Origin: Nanobdellota archaeon
Lineage (GTDB): Archaea; Aenigmatarchaeota; Aenigmatarchaeia; QMZP01
Reading direction: 5' to 3'
NCBI GenBank assembly: GCA_043814765.1
Contig: JBDRJQ010000029.1
Coordinates: 96,001-160,000 of the forward strand
Length of the DNA stretch: 64,000 nt
A program made the translations under genes and the position numbers. Position 1 is the stretch's first letter. Each line of letters opens with the position of its first letter. Shown one piece after another: positions 15,832 to 24,482 of the stretch. The notes beneath the pieces were generated by a model. It had not been told where the DNA came from and made no database searches. It saw only the letters and a list, made by a program, of their open reading frames with translations.

Positions 15832-16218
15832 ATGTATTCAGAAAAAGTTATGGAGCACTTTCGCAATCCGCACAATATGGGTAAAATGAAAGACCCAGAT
15901 GGTGTGGGTAAAGTAGGAAATCCTGTCTGTGGCGATATGATGGTTATCTACATAAAAATAGGTAGAGATAAAATCGGTAAAGAAATAATTGACGACATAA
16001 AAGTTGAAACATTCGGATGTGTCGCAGCCATTGCAACTTCATCAGTACTAACAGATATTGTCAAAGGTAAAACACTAGAATATGCAAAAGGGATAACTAA
16101 CAAAGATGTAGCGAATGCATTAGAAAAACTTCCACCATTAAAAATGCACTGTTCAAATCTGGCAGCAGACGCATTAAAAGAAGCTATAAAGGATTACGAG
16201 AGCAAGAATAAAAAGTAG
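15832..16218 (+). CDS. iscU: Fe-S cluster scaffold protein (IscU/NifU-N)
   Basis: YSEKVMEHFRNPHN, GNPVCGD, TFGC, LPPLKMHCS. Confidence 0.96.
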   Translation: MYSEKVMEHFRNPHNMGKMKDPDGVGKVGNPVCGDMMVIYIKIGRDKIGKEIIDDIKVETFGCVAAIATSSVLTDIVKGKTLEYAKGITNKDVANALEKLPPLKMHCSNLAADALKEAIKDYESKNKK

Positions 16219-16244
16219 AAAAATAATATGTTTTAGGTGACGAT

Positions 16245-17339
16245 ATGATTTTGAAAGAACGTATGGATGAATTCGGACCAGAAAAAATTTTACAAGTTTA
16301 CGATCCTAAAACAGGAATGAAAGGGTTTACTGTTATTGATAATACTGCCCGTGGACCAGGAAAGGGCGGCATTAGAATGACTCCAACAGTAACTATTGAT
16401 GAAGTTTTTCGTTTAGCAAGAGCTATGACATGGAAATGCGCTCTGGCTGATTTGCCTTTTGGTGGTGGAAAATCTGGAATAGTTGCAGATGATAAAAAAA
16501 TGTCTAAGAAGGAAAAAGAAAACATAGTAAAGGCTTTCGCAAAGAGTATAAAGATTATAGCGCCAGAAGTTTATGTTGCTGCTCCTGACATGAACATGGC
16601 TGAAGAGGAGATGAGAATAATATCAAACACGATTGGTTCAAAGAAAGCCGTGACAGGAAAGCCAAAAGATATGGGAGGGCTACCACACGAACTGGGTTCG
16701 ACTGGTTTTGGTGTATATCATGCAACCTTGGTTGCAATAGAGCATCTGGGTTTAGATGTTAAAAATTTAACTTTTTCAGTAGAGGGGTTTGGTAATGTTG
16801 GTGTTTTTGCCGCAAAGTTTTTAACAGAGAAAGGAGCTAAACTAGTTGCCGCATCAGACTCAAAAGGAGTTGCTTATAATAAAAATGGCATTAACTTCAA
16901 GGAGCTTAAGGAAACAAAAGAAAAAACAGGCTCTGTAATAAACTATCCTAAATGCGAAAAGAAGAAATGCGAAGAAATAATCTCCATCCCTGTTGATGTT
17001 TTGGTGACAGCTGCTATACCTGATTTAATAAAAGACAAAGACATCGATAAGGTAAAAGCAAAAATAATAGTACAGGGATCAAACATACCAATGTCATTTA
17101 AAGCTGAAGAAAGATTTCATAAGAAAGGCGTTCTTATAATTCCGGATTTTGTTGCTAATGCAGGTGGAGTTATATCATCATATGTAGAATATATCGGTGG
17201 CTCTGAGAAAAAAATGTTTGAAATGGTAGAAGATAAAATAAGAAAAAACACAAAACTGGTATTGGATCGAGCCAAAAAGAAAAATATTAAACCACGCGAC
17301 GCAGCAATGGAAATAGCCATTGAAAGGGTTAAGAAATAG
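16245..17339 (+). CDS. gdh: Glu/Leu/Phe/Val dehydrogenase (glutamate dehydrogenase-like)
   Basis: GPGKGGIR, MTWK, PFGGGKSG, APD, GFGNVG, PDFVANAGGV. Confidence 0.9.
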   Translation: MILKERMDEFGPEKILQVYDPKTGMKGFTVIDNTARGPGKGGIRMTPTVTIDEVFRLARAMTWKCALADLPFGGGKSGIVADDKKMSKKEKENIVKAFAKSIKIIAPEVYVAAPDMNMAEEEMRIISNTIGSKKAVTGKPKDMGGLPHELGSTGFGVYHATLVAIEHLGLDVKNLTFSVEGFGNVGVFAAKFLTEKGAKLVAASDSKGVAYNKNGINFKELKETKEKTGSVINYPKCEKKKCEEIISIPVDVLVTAAIPDLIKDKDIDKVKAKIIVQGSNIPMSFKAEERFHKKGVLIIPDFVANAGGVISSYVEYIGGSEKKMFEMVEDKIRKNTKLVLDRAKKKNIKPRDAAMEIAIERVKK

Positions 17340-17340
17340 T

Positions 17341-17901
17341 TTACTCCTTTATTTTAATTTTTCCATCTTTATTGTATATTTCAATGGCATTCCAGAAAGC
17401 AGGAACTTCGAAGTAGTCTATCTCTTCTGATCCGGAACGAACAGTTGAGTGCCACATTATTGTTCCTTGGCTTATTACCAATACTGGTTTCTCTATTTGA
17501 GGGGCACTGTAATCACTGTGTTCTATCATTAATGAATAAGCATCATTTTCTGTGTTCATAAACATATTCTCCATTGGCCGTGCAAACTTTGTATAAACAG
17601 GCGGTCTATCAAAAGAGGTTTCATGCGTTTCCACGTAACCTGTAATCATCCCATCATCTGTTTGAAAAGATATTAGCCAAATCGTTGGTTCTGTCCTTTC
17701 GTTGTTTAGCACTACATATATATCCTTTACTTTAGCACCAGGAAACTGATTCTTTCCTTCTTCTGTAGCGAGCCATTTTTCTGAATCTTCGCGCAGGCCA
17801 TTAATTATAGGGTCTCCTACAATGAATCCGCTAATAGTAATTCCACTAAAGATTATTAGAATCGTTAATACCGCAACAAAGGAAACTCTTTTATAATTCA
17901 T
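17341..17901 (-). CDS. Secreted or membrane-anchored hypothetical protein
   Basis: N-terminal hydrophobic segment followed by ISGFIVG; long ORF directly downstream of rps8e. Confidence 0.7.
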   Translation of the reverse strand: MNYKRVSFVAVLTILIIFSGITISGFIVGDPIINGLREDSEKWLATEEGKNQFPGAKVKDIYVVLNNERTEPTIWLISFQTDDGMITGYVETHETSFDRPPVYTKFARPMENMFMNTENDAYSLMIEHSDYSAPQIEKPVLVISQGTIMWHSTVRSGSEEIDYFEVPAFWNAIEIYNKDGKIKIKE

Positions 17902-17937
17902 CAACACACCCTTTATCAATTATTGTTATTATTTAAA

Positions 17938-18324
17938 TTATTTTTTTTCTACTAAAACTGCGTTTATAGCTCCATGCTGACCCGGACGAGATGTAACACG
18001 TGCTAGGCCCAAATCCGTTTTTATCACAGCACCATGTGTTATTACATTTCTTCTGACATAATGCAAATTTGCCTTATTTTCTTCAACAGATATTATTTTT
18101 GTTTTTTGCATTTTTTTTGTCTTTGGATCGAAAACATTAGCACTATCCGCAGAAAGTACTTTTGCTTTTGTGTTGCCTCCTAATGTTCTTTGTACTTTGG
18201 TTCTTTTCTTACCTATTTTTGTATCTAAGAAAACTGAACCGCGTTCAAAGGCCTTCTTTTTTCTTTTCTTCTTAACCAGGCCACTTGTAGACTTTCTCTT
18301 AGATTTTAAATGCCATATTGCCAT
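17938..18324 (-). CDS. rps8e: 30S ribosomal protein S8e
   Basis: SKRKSTSG, RTLGGNTK, RRNVITHGAVI, ARVTSRPGQHG. Confidence 0.96.
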   Translation of the reverse strand: MAIWHLKSKRKSTSGLVKKKRKKKAFERGSVFLDTKIGKKRTKVQRTLGGNTKAKVLSADSANVFDPKTKKMQKTKIISVEENKANLHYVRRNVITHGAVIKTDLGLARVTSRPGQHGAINAVLVEKK

Positions 18325-18455
18325 ACGATCTAATCCATTAATTATATCTGATTATTGTATTGATGACGACCTATGTCGTCTATTTGTATGTAACTCTCTT
18401 GTATAGGGATTATATGGGTATTATGCTTATAAATATTCTACTCTTTTTATTGATT

Positions 18456-18626
18456 ATGGAAGCAAAATTGGTAATGTTGTTATTTGGTGTAATTATTATA
18501 ATATTTGGTATAGGAATTGGTATTTTTGGTGGAAATTTGAACCCAGACTTGCCTACCGGAGCTCCTTTAATGATTTTAGCTGGTATAATTTTGGCTGTTC
18601 TTTCACAAATGTCTATGGACAGCTAA
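18456..18626 (+). CDS. Small two-TM hypothetical protein
   Basis: TATA (TTATAAATA) about 25 nt upstream of ATG 18456; two hydrophobic helices. Confidence 0.55.
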   Translation: MEAKLVMLLFGVIIIIFGIGIGIFGGNLNPDLPTGAPLMILAGIILAVLSQMSMDS

Positions 18627-18729
18627 ATACGTACGTAGAAGCTTTATATAATCATTCTACAAAATAATGATATTCGGTGATTGTTACCGGTTGTGGTTTT
18701 CATCGTCTTAAAAATAAAGGTGTGATAAA

Positions 18730-18945
18730 ATGCAGAGACCATTGGATGTACTTGGAAGTTCAGTTGACAAAAATATAATAGTGAAGACAAAAGGCGGACA
18801 GGACGTAGTTGGAATATTGAAAGCCTTTGATTCGCACATAAATATTTGGCTTGACGACGCAACAATCCAGGGAGAAAAGGAAATAAAAATTGGTAAAGTA
18901 CTTATTAGGGGAGACAGCATAGTTTACATTTCTCCAGGCAAATAA
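18730..18945 (+). CDS. lsm: Sm/Lsm family RNA-binding protein
   Basis: RPLDVL, GILKAFDSHINI, VLIRGDSIVYISP; conserved linkage to L37e. Confidence 0.93.
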   Translation: MQRPLDVLGSSVDKNIIVKTKGGQDVVGILKAFDSHINIWLDDATIQGEKEIKIGKVLIRGDSIVYISPGK

Positions 18946-18976
18946 ACCTTTTAAGAATGTGGACAGGTAATTAGAT

Positions 18977-19168
18977 ATGACAAAAGGAACTCCTTCTAAG
19001 GGTAAACACAACAAAAAGACTCATATAGCATGTAGAAGATGCGGGAAGCGCACATATCATATAAGGCATAAAGAATGTTCTGCATGCGGTTTTGGCAGAG
19101 CCAAGAAAATCAAAAAACTCGGTTCTTCACGAAAACTTGCTCTAGGAAAGGGCAACAGAAAAAAATAA
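18977..19168 (+). CDS. rpl37e: 50S ribosomal protein L37e
   Basis: [26 protein letters not shown]. Confidence 0.96.
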   Translation: MTKGTPSKGKHNKKTHIACRRCGKRTYHIRHKECSACGFGRAKKIKKLGSSRKLALGKGNRKK

Positions 19169-19393
19169 TCAATCTATTCTTGCGAATTTTCGTATCTCAG
19201 AAATCTTTTGTTGGTCTAAATCAAATTCGCTGATAGTATAAAGCCTTTGAAAGCCTGGAAATGAAAGACCCCAATAATGCAAGTTTTCCAACTCTACACC
19301 CATGTCCACCAATTTGCTGGAAAAGGTTTTATAGTCCATAAAAAATGGTTTAGAAATAACATAATTCATCTCCCCACCTACTGAAGCTCCCAT
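19169..19393 (-). CDS. Hypothetical protein
   Basis: Fills the gap after L37e; TATA-like TTTATATC on the minus strand about 25 nt upstream. Confidence 0.45.
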   Translation of the reverse strand: MGASVGGEMNYVISKPFFMDYKTFSSKLVDMGVELENLHYWGLSFPGFQRLYTISEFDLDQQKISEIRKFARID

Positions 19394-19419
19394 AATATAT
19401 AATTAACCAAAAGATATAA

Positions 19420-19454
19420 AAACCATAAAAATAAAAACAGGCCTTTGAAGGCCG
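19420..19454 (-). terminator. Hairpin plus T-tract downstream of tbp
   Basis: GGCCTT-CA-AAGGCC followed by TGTTTTTATTTTT on the minus strand. Confidence 0.55.
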
Positions 19455-20090
19455 TTATTTTTTGTCTTTGGTTGTTTTCTTAACCGGTTTCTTAGCTGGC
19501 TTATCATCAGTTTCATCTTTAGGTGGATCGTTTTTACCAGGTTTAGCATTTATTCCAATGCTTTCCAGCCTTTGCCTCAGCTTTTTGAGAGCAGTATGAA
19601 TATCATCTATGTTATGTGCTCCAGTGCATATAATTTTTCCTGAAGAGAAAAGTAAAAACGCAACTCTAGGCTCGCTTATCCTGTAAACCAAGCCTGGGAA
19701 TTGTTCTGGTTCATATTCTGCGTTTTCCAGTGCAAATGCAATCTCTTCCAAATTTAATTTTGCATCTATTTTTGAAGAAGCTACTATGTTTTCAACCTGA
19801 ATGTGAAACTTTGTTGGCAGATCTATGCCAAGCTCTCTAACTGTATCAACAACTTTTGTCATGGCTTCCTTGGATTTGTCAATGCTTTTTGCACCTGTAC
19901 AAACTATTTTTCCTGATGAGAATATCAGTGCTGCAGCACGCGGCTCTGTTGTTCTATAAACCAAGCCTGGGAATTGTTCTGGTTCATATTCTGCGTTTTC
20001 CAGTTTTGATACTATTACATTTAGCGGTATGTCCTTGCCTAGTGAAACAAAGGCAACAACATTCTCCACTTTAACCTGAAATTCTGACAT
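19455..20090 (-). CDS. tbp: TATA-box-binding protein
   Basis: Two repeats of ENxVA...EYEPEQFPGLVYR...LIFSSGKIVCTGA. Confidence 0.98.
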   Translation of the reverse strand: MSEFQVKVENVVAFVSLGKDIPLNVIVSKLENAEYEPEQFPGLVYRTTEPRAAALIFSSGKIVCTGAKSIDKSKEAMTKVVDTVRELGIDLPTKFHIQVENIVASSKIDAKLNLEEIAFALENAEYEPEQFPGLVYRISEPRVAFLLFSSGKIICTGAHNIDDIHTALKKLRQRLESIGINAKPGKNDPPKDETDDKPAKKPVKKTTKDKK

Positions 20091-20293
20091 AAATAGGTTT
20101 CCTCCCTCTCGAGTTTATCTCGCGATACCTTAAATGGCATACTTAATTATATAAACGTTAAAATATAAGTTTGTATGTTTTAAGGGATATTTTAACCATG
20201 TTTCAGGTTGTTTTTGTAAAAACTATTTAAGTAATCATTTGAAACCAGTATATAGCGCCTAATCATTTGATATGGTTGGGAGGAGCGTAAAAT

Positions 20294-22099
20294 ATGAAGA
20301 ATTTAAAGGTAATAATACCTGACACATCTATCATTATCCAGGGTATTTTGTCAGATTTGATAAAAAAAGGAGAGCTTAAAAACATAAGACTGGTTATTCC
20401 TAGAGCTGTTGTTGATGAACTGCAAGCTCAAGCCTCTAGAGGCAAGGACATTGGTTTCGAGGGTCTTGAAGAGATAAAAAAGATTAGAGACCTTGCACCA
20501 AAAAGAAACATAAAGCTTGAATTTTATGGTGATAGGCCAACGCTTGAAGAGATACAGCTAGCAAAGAAAGGTCGTATTGATGCAATAATCCGTGATGTTG
20601 CTGTAAAAGAGAACGGAACGTTGGTTACATCTGATTATGTGCAAGCGTTGGTTGGAGAAGCTGAAGGCGTGAGCGTAAAGCATATGCCACAGCCAAGAAA
20701 GACAACCACAGACATAGAAAAATTCTTTACAAAAGATACCCAATCTGTGCACTTAAAAGTAGGATTAGAACCGATGGCAAAAAGAGGTAATCCTGGCAGT
20801 GTGAAACTTGTTAAAATAAGTAAAAACATCATGAGTGAAAAGGAGCTTAAGGGCATTATAGATGAGATTATTCAGAGGGCAAGAACTGATGAAAACTCTT
20901 TTGTAGAGATAGGAAAACATGGAGCAATGGTAATACAAATGGGCAACTACAGAATATTAATAACTCGTCCCCCCTTCTCTGAAGCAACTGAAGTTACAGC
21001 AGTAAGGCCTATTGTAAAATTATCAATAGATGACTACGAACTGCATGATGAACTGAAAGCTAGAATTTCTAACAAATCACAAGGAGTGCTAATAGCAGGA
21101 CCGCCTGGTTCTGGCAAGAGCACATTCGCTGCAAGCATTGCAGAGTTTTTATCAGGAAAAGGTAAGATTGTAAAAACATTAGAACAGCCACGTGATCTGC
21201 AAGTCGGTCCAGAAATAACACAGTATGCACCACTTGAGGGTGATTGGGAAAAAGCAACTGATATATTGCTTCTAGTAAGGCCTGACTACACTATATTCGA
21301 TGAAATAAGAAAGACTAGGGAGTTCAGGCTATTCGGCGACATGCGTCTTGCTGGTGTTGGTATGATTGGGGTTGTTCACGCCAATGATCCGGTATCTGCA
21401 ATACAGCGTTTCATAGGCAGATTAGAGCTCGGTATAATTCCCCACGTAATAAATACAGTAATCTTCATTGACGCAGGAAAAGTTCAGAAGGTTTATGAAC
21501 TAAGCTTCAATGTAAGAGTTCCGTCAGGAATGAAAGAGGCTGATCTAGCTAGACCAGTTGTTGATGTAAAAGATTTTGAGACAAAAGAGCTGGTTTATGA
21601 GATATACACTTTCGGTGAAGAGAGCGTTGTCATGTCTGTTAAAAACGACGAGTCTTCAATGTCTGGCATTAAAAAACTTGCAATGGACAGGGCTTATCAG
21701 GAGCTTAGAAAATGGGACAATAACGTAAAGATAGAGATTCTTGACGATAACAGAATCTGCGCACGGGTAGACAACGAAAAGATAGCAAGGATAATTGGTA
21801 AAAAGGGCAAAAACATCGAAGAGATAGAAAAGAAACTAGGAATCCATATCTCTGTCGAACCAAAAGAGGCAACGTTCAAAAACGAAGTGCAGTTCTACAC
21901 TGAAGAAATGGGAAAGCATTTTTACATAAAAGTTGATCCCAAATTATCTGGTAAGTCAGTAGATATATACGACAATGAAGCTTTCCTAATGACATCCCTA
22001 GTCGGCAAAAGCGGTAAAATAAGGATAAAGAAGAAATCAGATATAGGAAGAAATGTAATGCGTGCGATAACAAAAGGTGCATTGAAGATTTTGATGTAG
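20294..22099 (+). CDS. PIN domain-ATPase-KH protein (PINA, Holliday junction branch migration ATPase family)
   Basis: PDTS PIN motif, GPPGSGKST, RPDYTIFDEIR, C-terminal KH IIGKKGKNI. Confidence 0.92.
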   Translation: MKNLKVIIPDTSIIIQGILSDLIKKGELKNIRLVIPRAVVDELQAQASRGKDIGFEGLEEIKKIRDLAPKRNIKLEFYGDRPTLEEIQLAKKGRIDAIIRDVAVKENGTLVTSDYVQALVGEAEGVSVKHMPQPRKTTTDIEKFFTKDTQSVHLKVGLEPMAKRGNPGSVKLVKISKNIMSEKELKGIIDEIIQRARTDENSFVEIGKHGAMVIQMGNYRILITRPPFSEATEVTAVRPIVKLSIDDYELHDELKARISNKSQGVLIAGPPGSGKSTFAASIAEFLSGKGKIVKTLEQPRDLQVGPEITQYAPLEGDWEKATDILLLVRPDYTIFDEIRKTREFRLFGDMRLAGVGMIGVVHANDPVSAIQRFIGRLELGIIPHVINTVIFIDAGKVQKVYELSFNVRVPSGMKEADLARPVVDVKDFETKELVYEIYTFGEESVVMSVKNDESSMSGIKKLAMDRAYQELRKWDNNVKIEILDDNRICARVDNEKIARIIGKKGKNIEEIEKKLGIHISVEPKEATFKNEVQFYTEEMGKHFYIKVDPKLSGKSVDIYDNEAFLMTSLVGKSGKIRIKKKSDIGRNVMRAITKGALKILM

Positions 22100-22135
22100 A
22101 CAAAGCAATTGAAGACCAATTATAAAAGAAAGTAA

Positions 22136-22588
22136 TCACTTTACCAAAAGTTTTGCTCTCTCATATTCGTATTTCCAATCCTTTGGTATAGTGCCTTCAC
22201 TTCTGTAGTACTTTACAAGGCGTCTTATTTTTGATTCAGTTAGCTCAAGGCCTCGTTTAGAAGTGTAATCTTTTTTGTTTTTGTCCATGTGCGCATGCAA
22301 ACTTACTGCCTTTTTCATTAAACTGAACATGTCTTCAGGAAACTTGGAATAAACGTCGTTTTTCTTCATTATTTTAGCTATCTTAGTCTTTGTGAACATA
22401 TTCACAGACGGTATTCCATAAGAATCTCTCAGCTCAATACCTATTTGTGATGAAGTATCGCCCTTTTTGGCTAGTTTGACTATAATTTCTTCTATCTCAG
22501 CTGGCTTGAGCTTTACCCAGCTAGCTGACCTTTTCATAGGCTTTGCTGAACCTGATTTTCCCTTCTTACGTGAATGCATTCGTGCCAT
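22136..22588 (-). CDS. rps15: 30S ribosomal protein S15 (uS15/S13e)
   Basis: MARMHSRKKGKSGS, LRDSYGIP, ESKIRRLVKYY. Confidence 0.97.
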   Translation of the reverse strand: MARMHSRKKGKSGSAKPMKRSASWVKLKPAEIEEIIVKLAKKGDTSSQIGIELRDSYGIPSVNMFTKTKIAKIMKKNDVYSKFPEDMFSLMKKAVSLHAHMDKNKKDYTSKRGLELTESKIRRLVKYYRSEGTIPKDWKYEYERAKLLVK

Positions 22589-22694
22589 TTTCAATTCCTC
22601 GATTATTTTGGATTATTGATGCGATAACGACTATAAATTCTGCATAGTCATTGGTATATACACCATTTATTGGATAAACTATATAAAAAGGTTG

Positions 22695-23882
22695 CTATTT
22701 CAGCAACGTATCAACTATGTCAGGGTCTGCTTTGATTCTTTTTACTGTCTTGTTTATGCCTGTCACAGGTGTTTTAAGTCCATGACCAGTAATCAGACAA
22801 ACCACCCTTGAATTGCGTTTAATGTTGGCTCTATGCTTCAAAATACCTGCTAAAGCAACAGCGCCCGCAGGCTCAGCGAACAGGCCCTCTCTCTGAGCAA
22901 GGACCTCCCTTACTCGCAGTATTTCGACGTCCTTCACGCTCTCTAAGAAGCCCTTTGACTCCCTCACTGACTGAAGGGCTCTTTTACCGTCTAGAGGATT
23001 ACCACATTCTATAGCCACTGCTATAGTAGAACCTCTCATTGGTTTGACATACTTCTCGTTTTCTTTAAACGCCCTTTCAACAGGGTTACAGCCAACTGCC
23101 TGAATGCCAACCATTTTTGGTAGTTTTCTAGTAAAACCAATTTTTTGGAATTCATTGAATGCTTTCCATGTGGAAGATATTAGAGTACCGTTTCCAATTG
23201 GACAAGCAACATAATCTGCATTGACTTGTTCAGCTATCTCAAAACCAATTGATTTTGTGCCTTCGCGCCTGAAAAGATAGTCTCCTGTTAAATAACCTTT
23301 ATGTTCCATGAAAGCCTTCTCTACCATTTCTGCAGCCATGGCATAGCTGCCTTTTATTTGGAACACATCAGCACCGTATGACAAAATTTGTTCTACTTTA
23401 GTCTGTATTGCATCATGCGGCGTAAAAACATGGCACTTAAGATTACTGACAGCTGAATATGCGGCAACAGATGCCCCCATGTTACCGGTGGATGCACAAA
23501 TCACTCGATGCGCCTTTTTGTCCAATGCCCGGCCTATTTCCACAGAAGATCCCCTGTCTTTGAAAGATCCTGTAGGATTGGTTGCTTCATATTTGAAATA
23601 CAACTGAAACTTCAGTTTCAGGTCCTCCTCTAAATTTTTTGATCTAATCAGGGGGGTTCCTCCTTCCTGTAAAGTTACCATTTTTTTAACAGGAAAAAAT
23701 TCTTTGTAACGTGCATGATTAAATGGTCTTTTTCTCATTTTTTTAAGAGATAAAAAACGTTTCATTTTATTGTAATCATAAACCACTTCCAGAGATCCGC
23801 CGCATCTGTCGCATCTAAAAGCAACAGTTTCCATTGTATATTCTCGGCCACAATCAAAGCAGAATATGTATTTCTCAAACAT
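22695..23882 (-). CDS. thrC: Threonine synthase
   Basis: N-terminal Zn ribbon, EGGTPL, NPTGSFKDRG (PLP Lys), ASTGNMG, ITGHGLK. Confidence 0.9.
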   Translation of the reverse strand: MFEKYIFCFDCGREYTMETVAFRCDRCGGSLEVVYDYNKMKRFLSLKKMRKRPFNHARYKEFFPVKKMVTLQEGGTPLIRSKNLEEDLKLKFQLYFKYEATNPTGSFKDRGSSVEIGRALDKKAHRVICASTGNMGASVAAYSAVSNLKCHVFTPHDAIQTKVEQILSYGADVFQIKGSYAMAAEMVEKAFMEHKGYLTGDYLFRREGTKSIGFEIAEQVNADYVACPIGNGTLISSTWKAFNEFQKIGFTRKLPKMVGIQAVGCNPVERAFKENEKYVKPMRGSTIAVAIECGNPLDGKRALQSVRESKGFLESVKDVEILRVREVLAQREGLFAEPAGAVALAGILKHRANIKRNSRVVCLITGHGLKTPVTGINKTVKRIKADPDIVDTLLK

Positions 23883-24003
23883 ATAGTATATTTTATTTTT
23901 TGTCTAGATTAAGTTTTACTCCAAATCGACGAGTAACAAACCAATTCAGATAACTTTAAATAGGTTTGTCATTATTATAATAATCAATTCGGATGTATTA
24001 ACC

Positions 24004-24093
24004 ATGTTAATAGATTGGGAAGAAGATAGTGATAGTGAAGAAGAGGAAGACTGGGAAGGAGATTCAGGTGACGAGGAAGATGAAGAGATATAG
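24004..24093 (+). CDS. Putative 29-aa hyper-acidic small protein
   Basis: Below ORF-track cutoff: MLIDWEEDSDSEEEEDWEGDSGDEEDEEI*; upstream TTTAAATA (23955-23962); stop abuts the convergent ribL stop. Confidence 0.65.
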   Translation: MLIDWEEDSDSEEEEDWEGDSGDEEDEEI

Positions 24094-24094
24094 T

Positions 24095-24478
24095 TTATAT
24101 CGCTTCCTCTAAAAGCTTCCTTGTACTGTAATCTTTGTATTTCTTTTTCAGTTTAACTAGCCTTGTTTTTTTTCCAATTTTATTTCTGTCTATTTTTTGA
24201 TCATAGCCCAGCACTATAACACTGGGGTTTTCCTTTTTCACTATTTTAAACATGTCGTCTTTGTCACCAATTACAGCTTTGTCAACAAAGTCAAGAGCCT
24301 CTAAAACCTTTTTTCTGTCTTTCGCAGGAAACAAAAGATATTTTTTGTTTTTCAAAACTGTTTTGTCATGGGCTACCACAACAATTAAATAATTGCCAAA
24401 GGACTTGGCTTTTTTCAGAAACCATAAATGTCCAGGATGAACAACATTGAAAACTCCTCCGACAATAACTTTTTTCAT
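24095..24478 (-). CDS. ribL: FAD synthase / cytidylyltransferase family protein
   Basis: GGVFNVVHPGH, VVVAHD, IVLGYDQ, YSTRKL. Confidence 0.8.
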   Translation of the reverse strand: MKKVIVGGVFNVVHPGHLWFLKKAKSFGNYLIVVVAHDKTVLKNKKYLLFPAKDRKKVLEALDFVDKAVIGDKDDMFKIVKKENPSVIVLGYDQKIDRNKIGKKTRLVKLKKKYKDYSTRKLLEEAI

Positions 24479-24482
24479 TCCA

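Noticed and set aside
18365..18380. GACGAC-CTAT-GTCGTC hairpin upstream of rps8e, near a TGATGA
   Set aside because: Only a 6-bp stem with no properly placed D box; insufficient for an ncRNA call.
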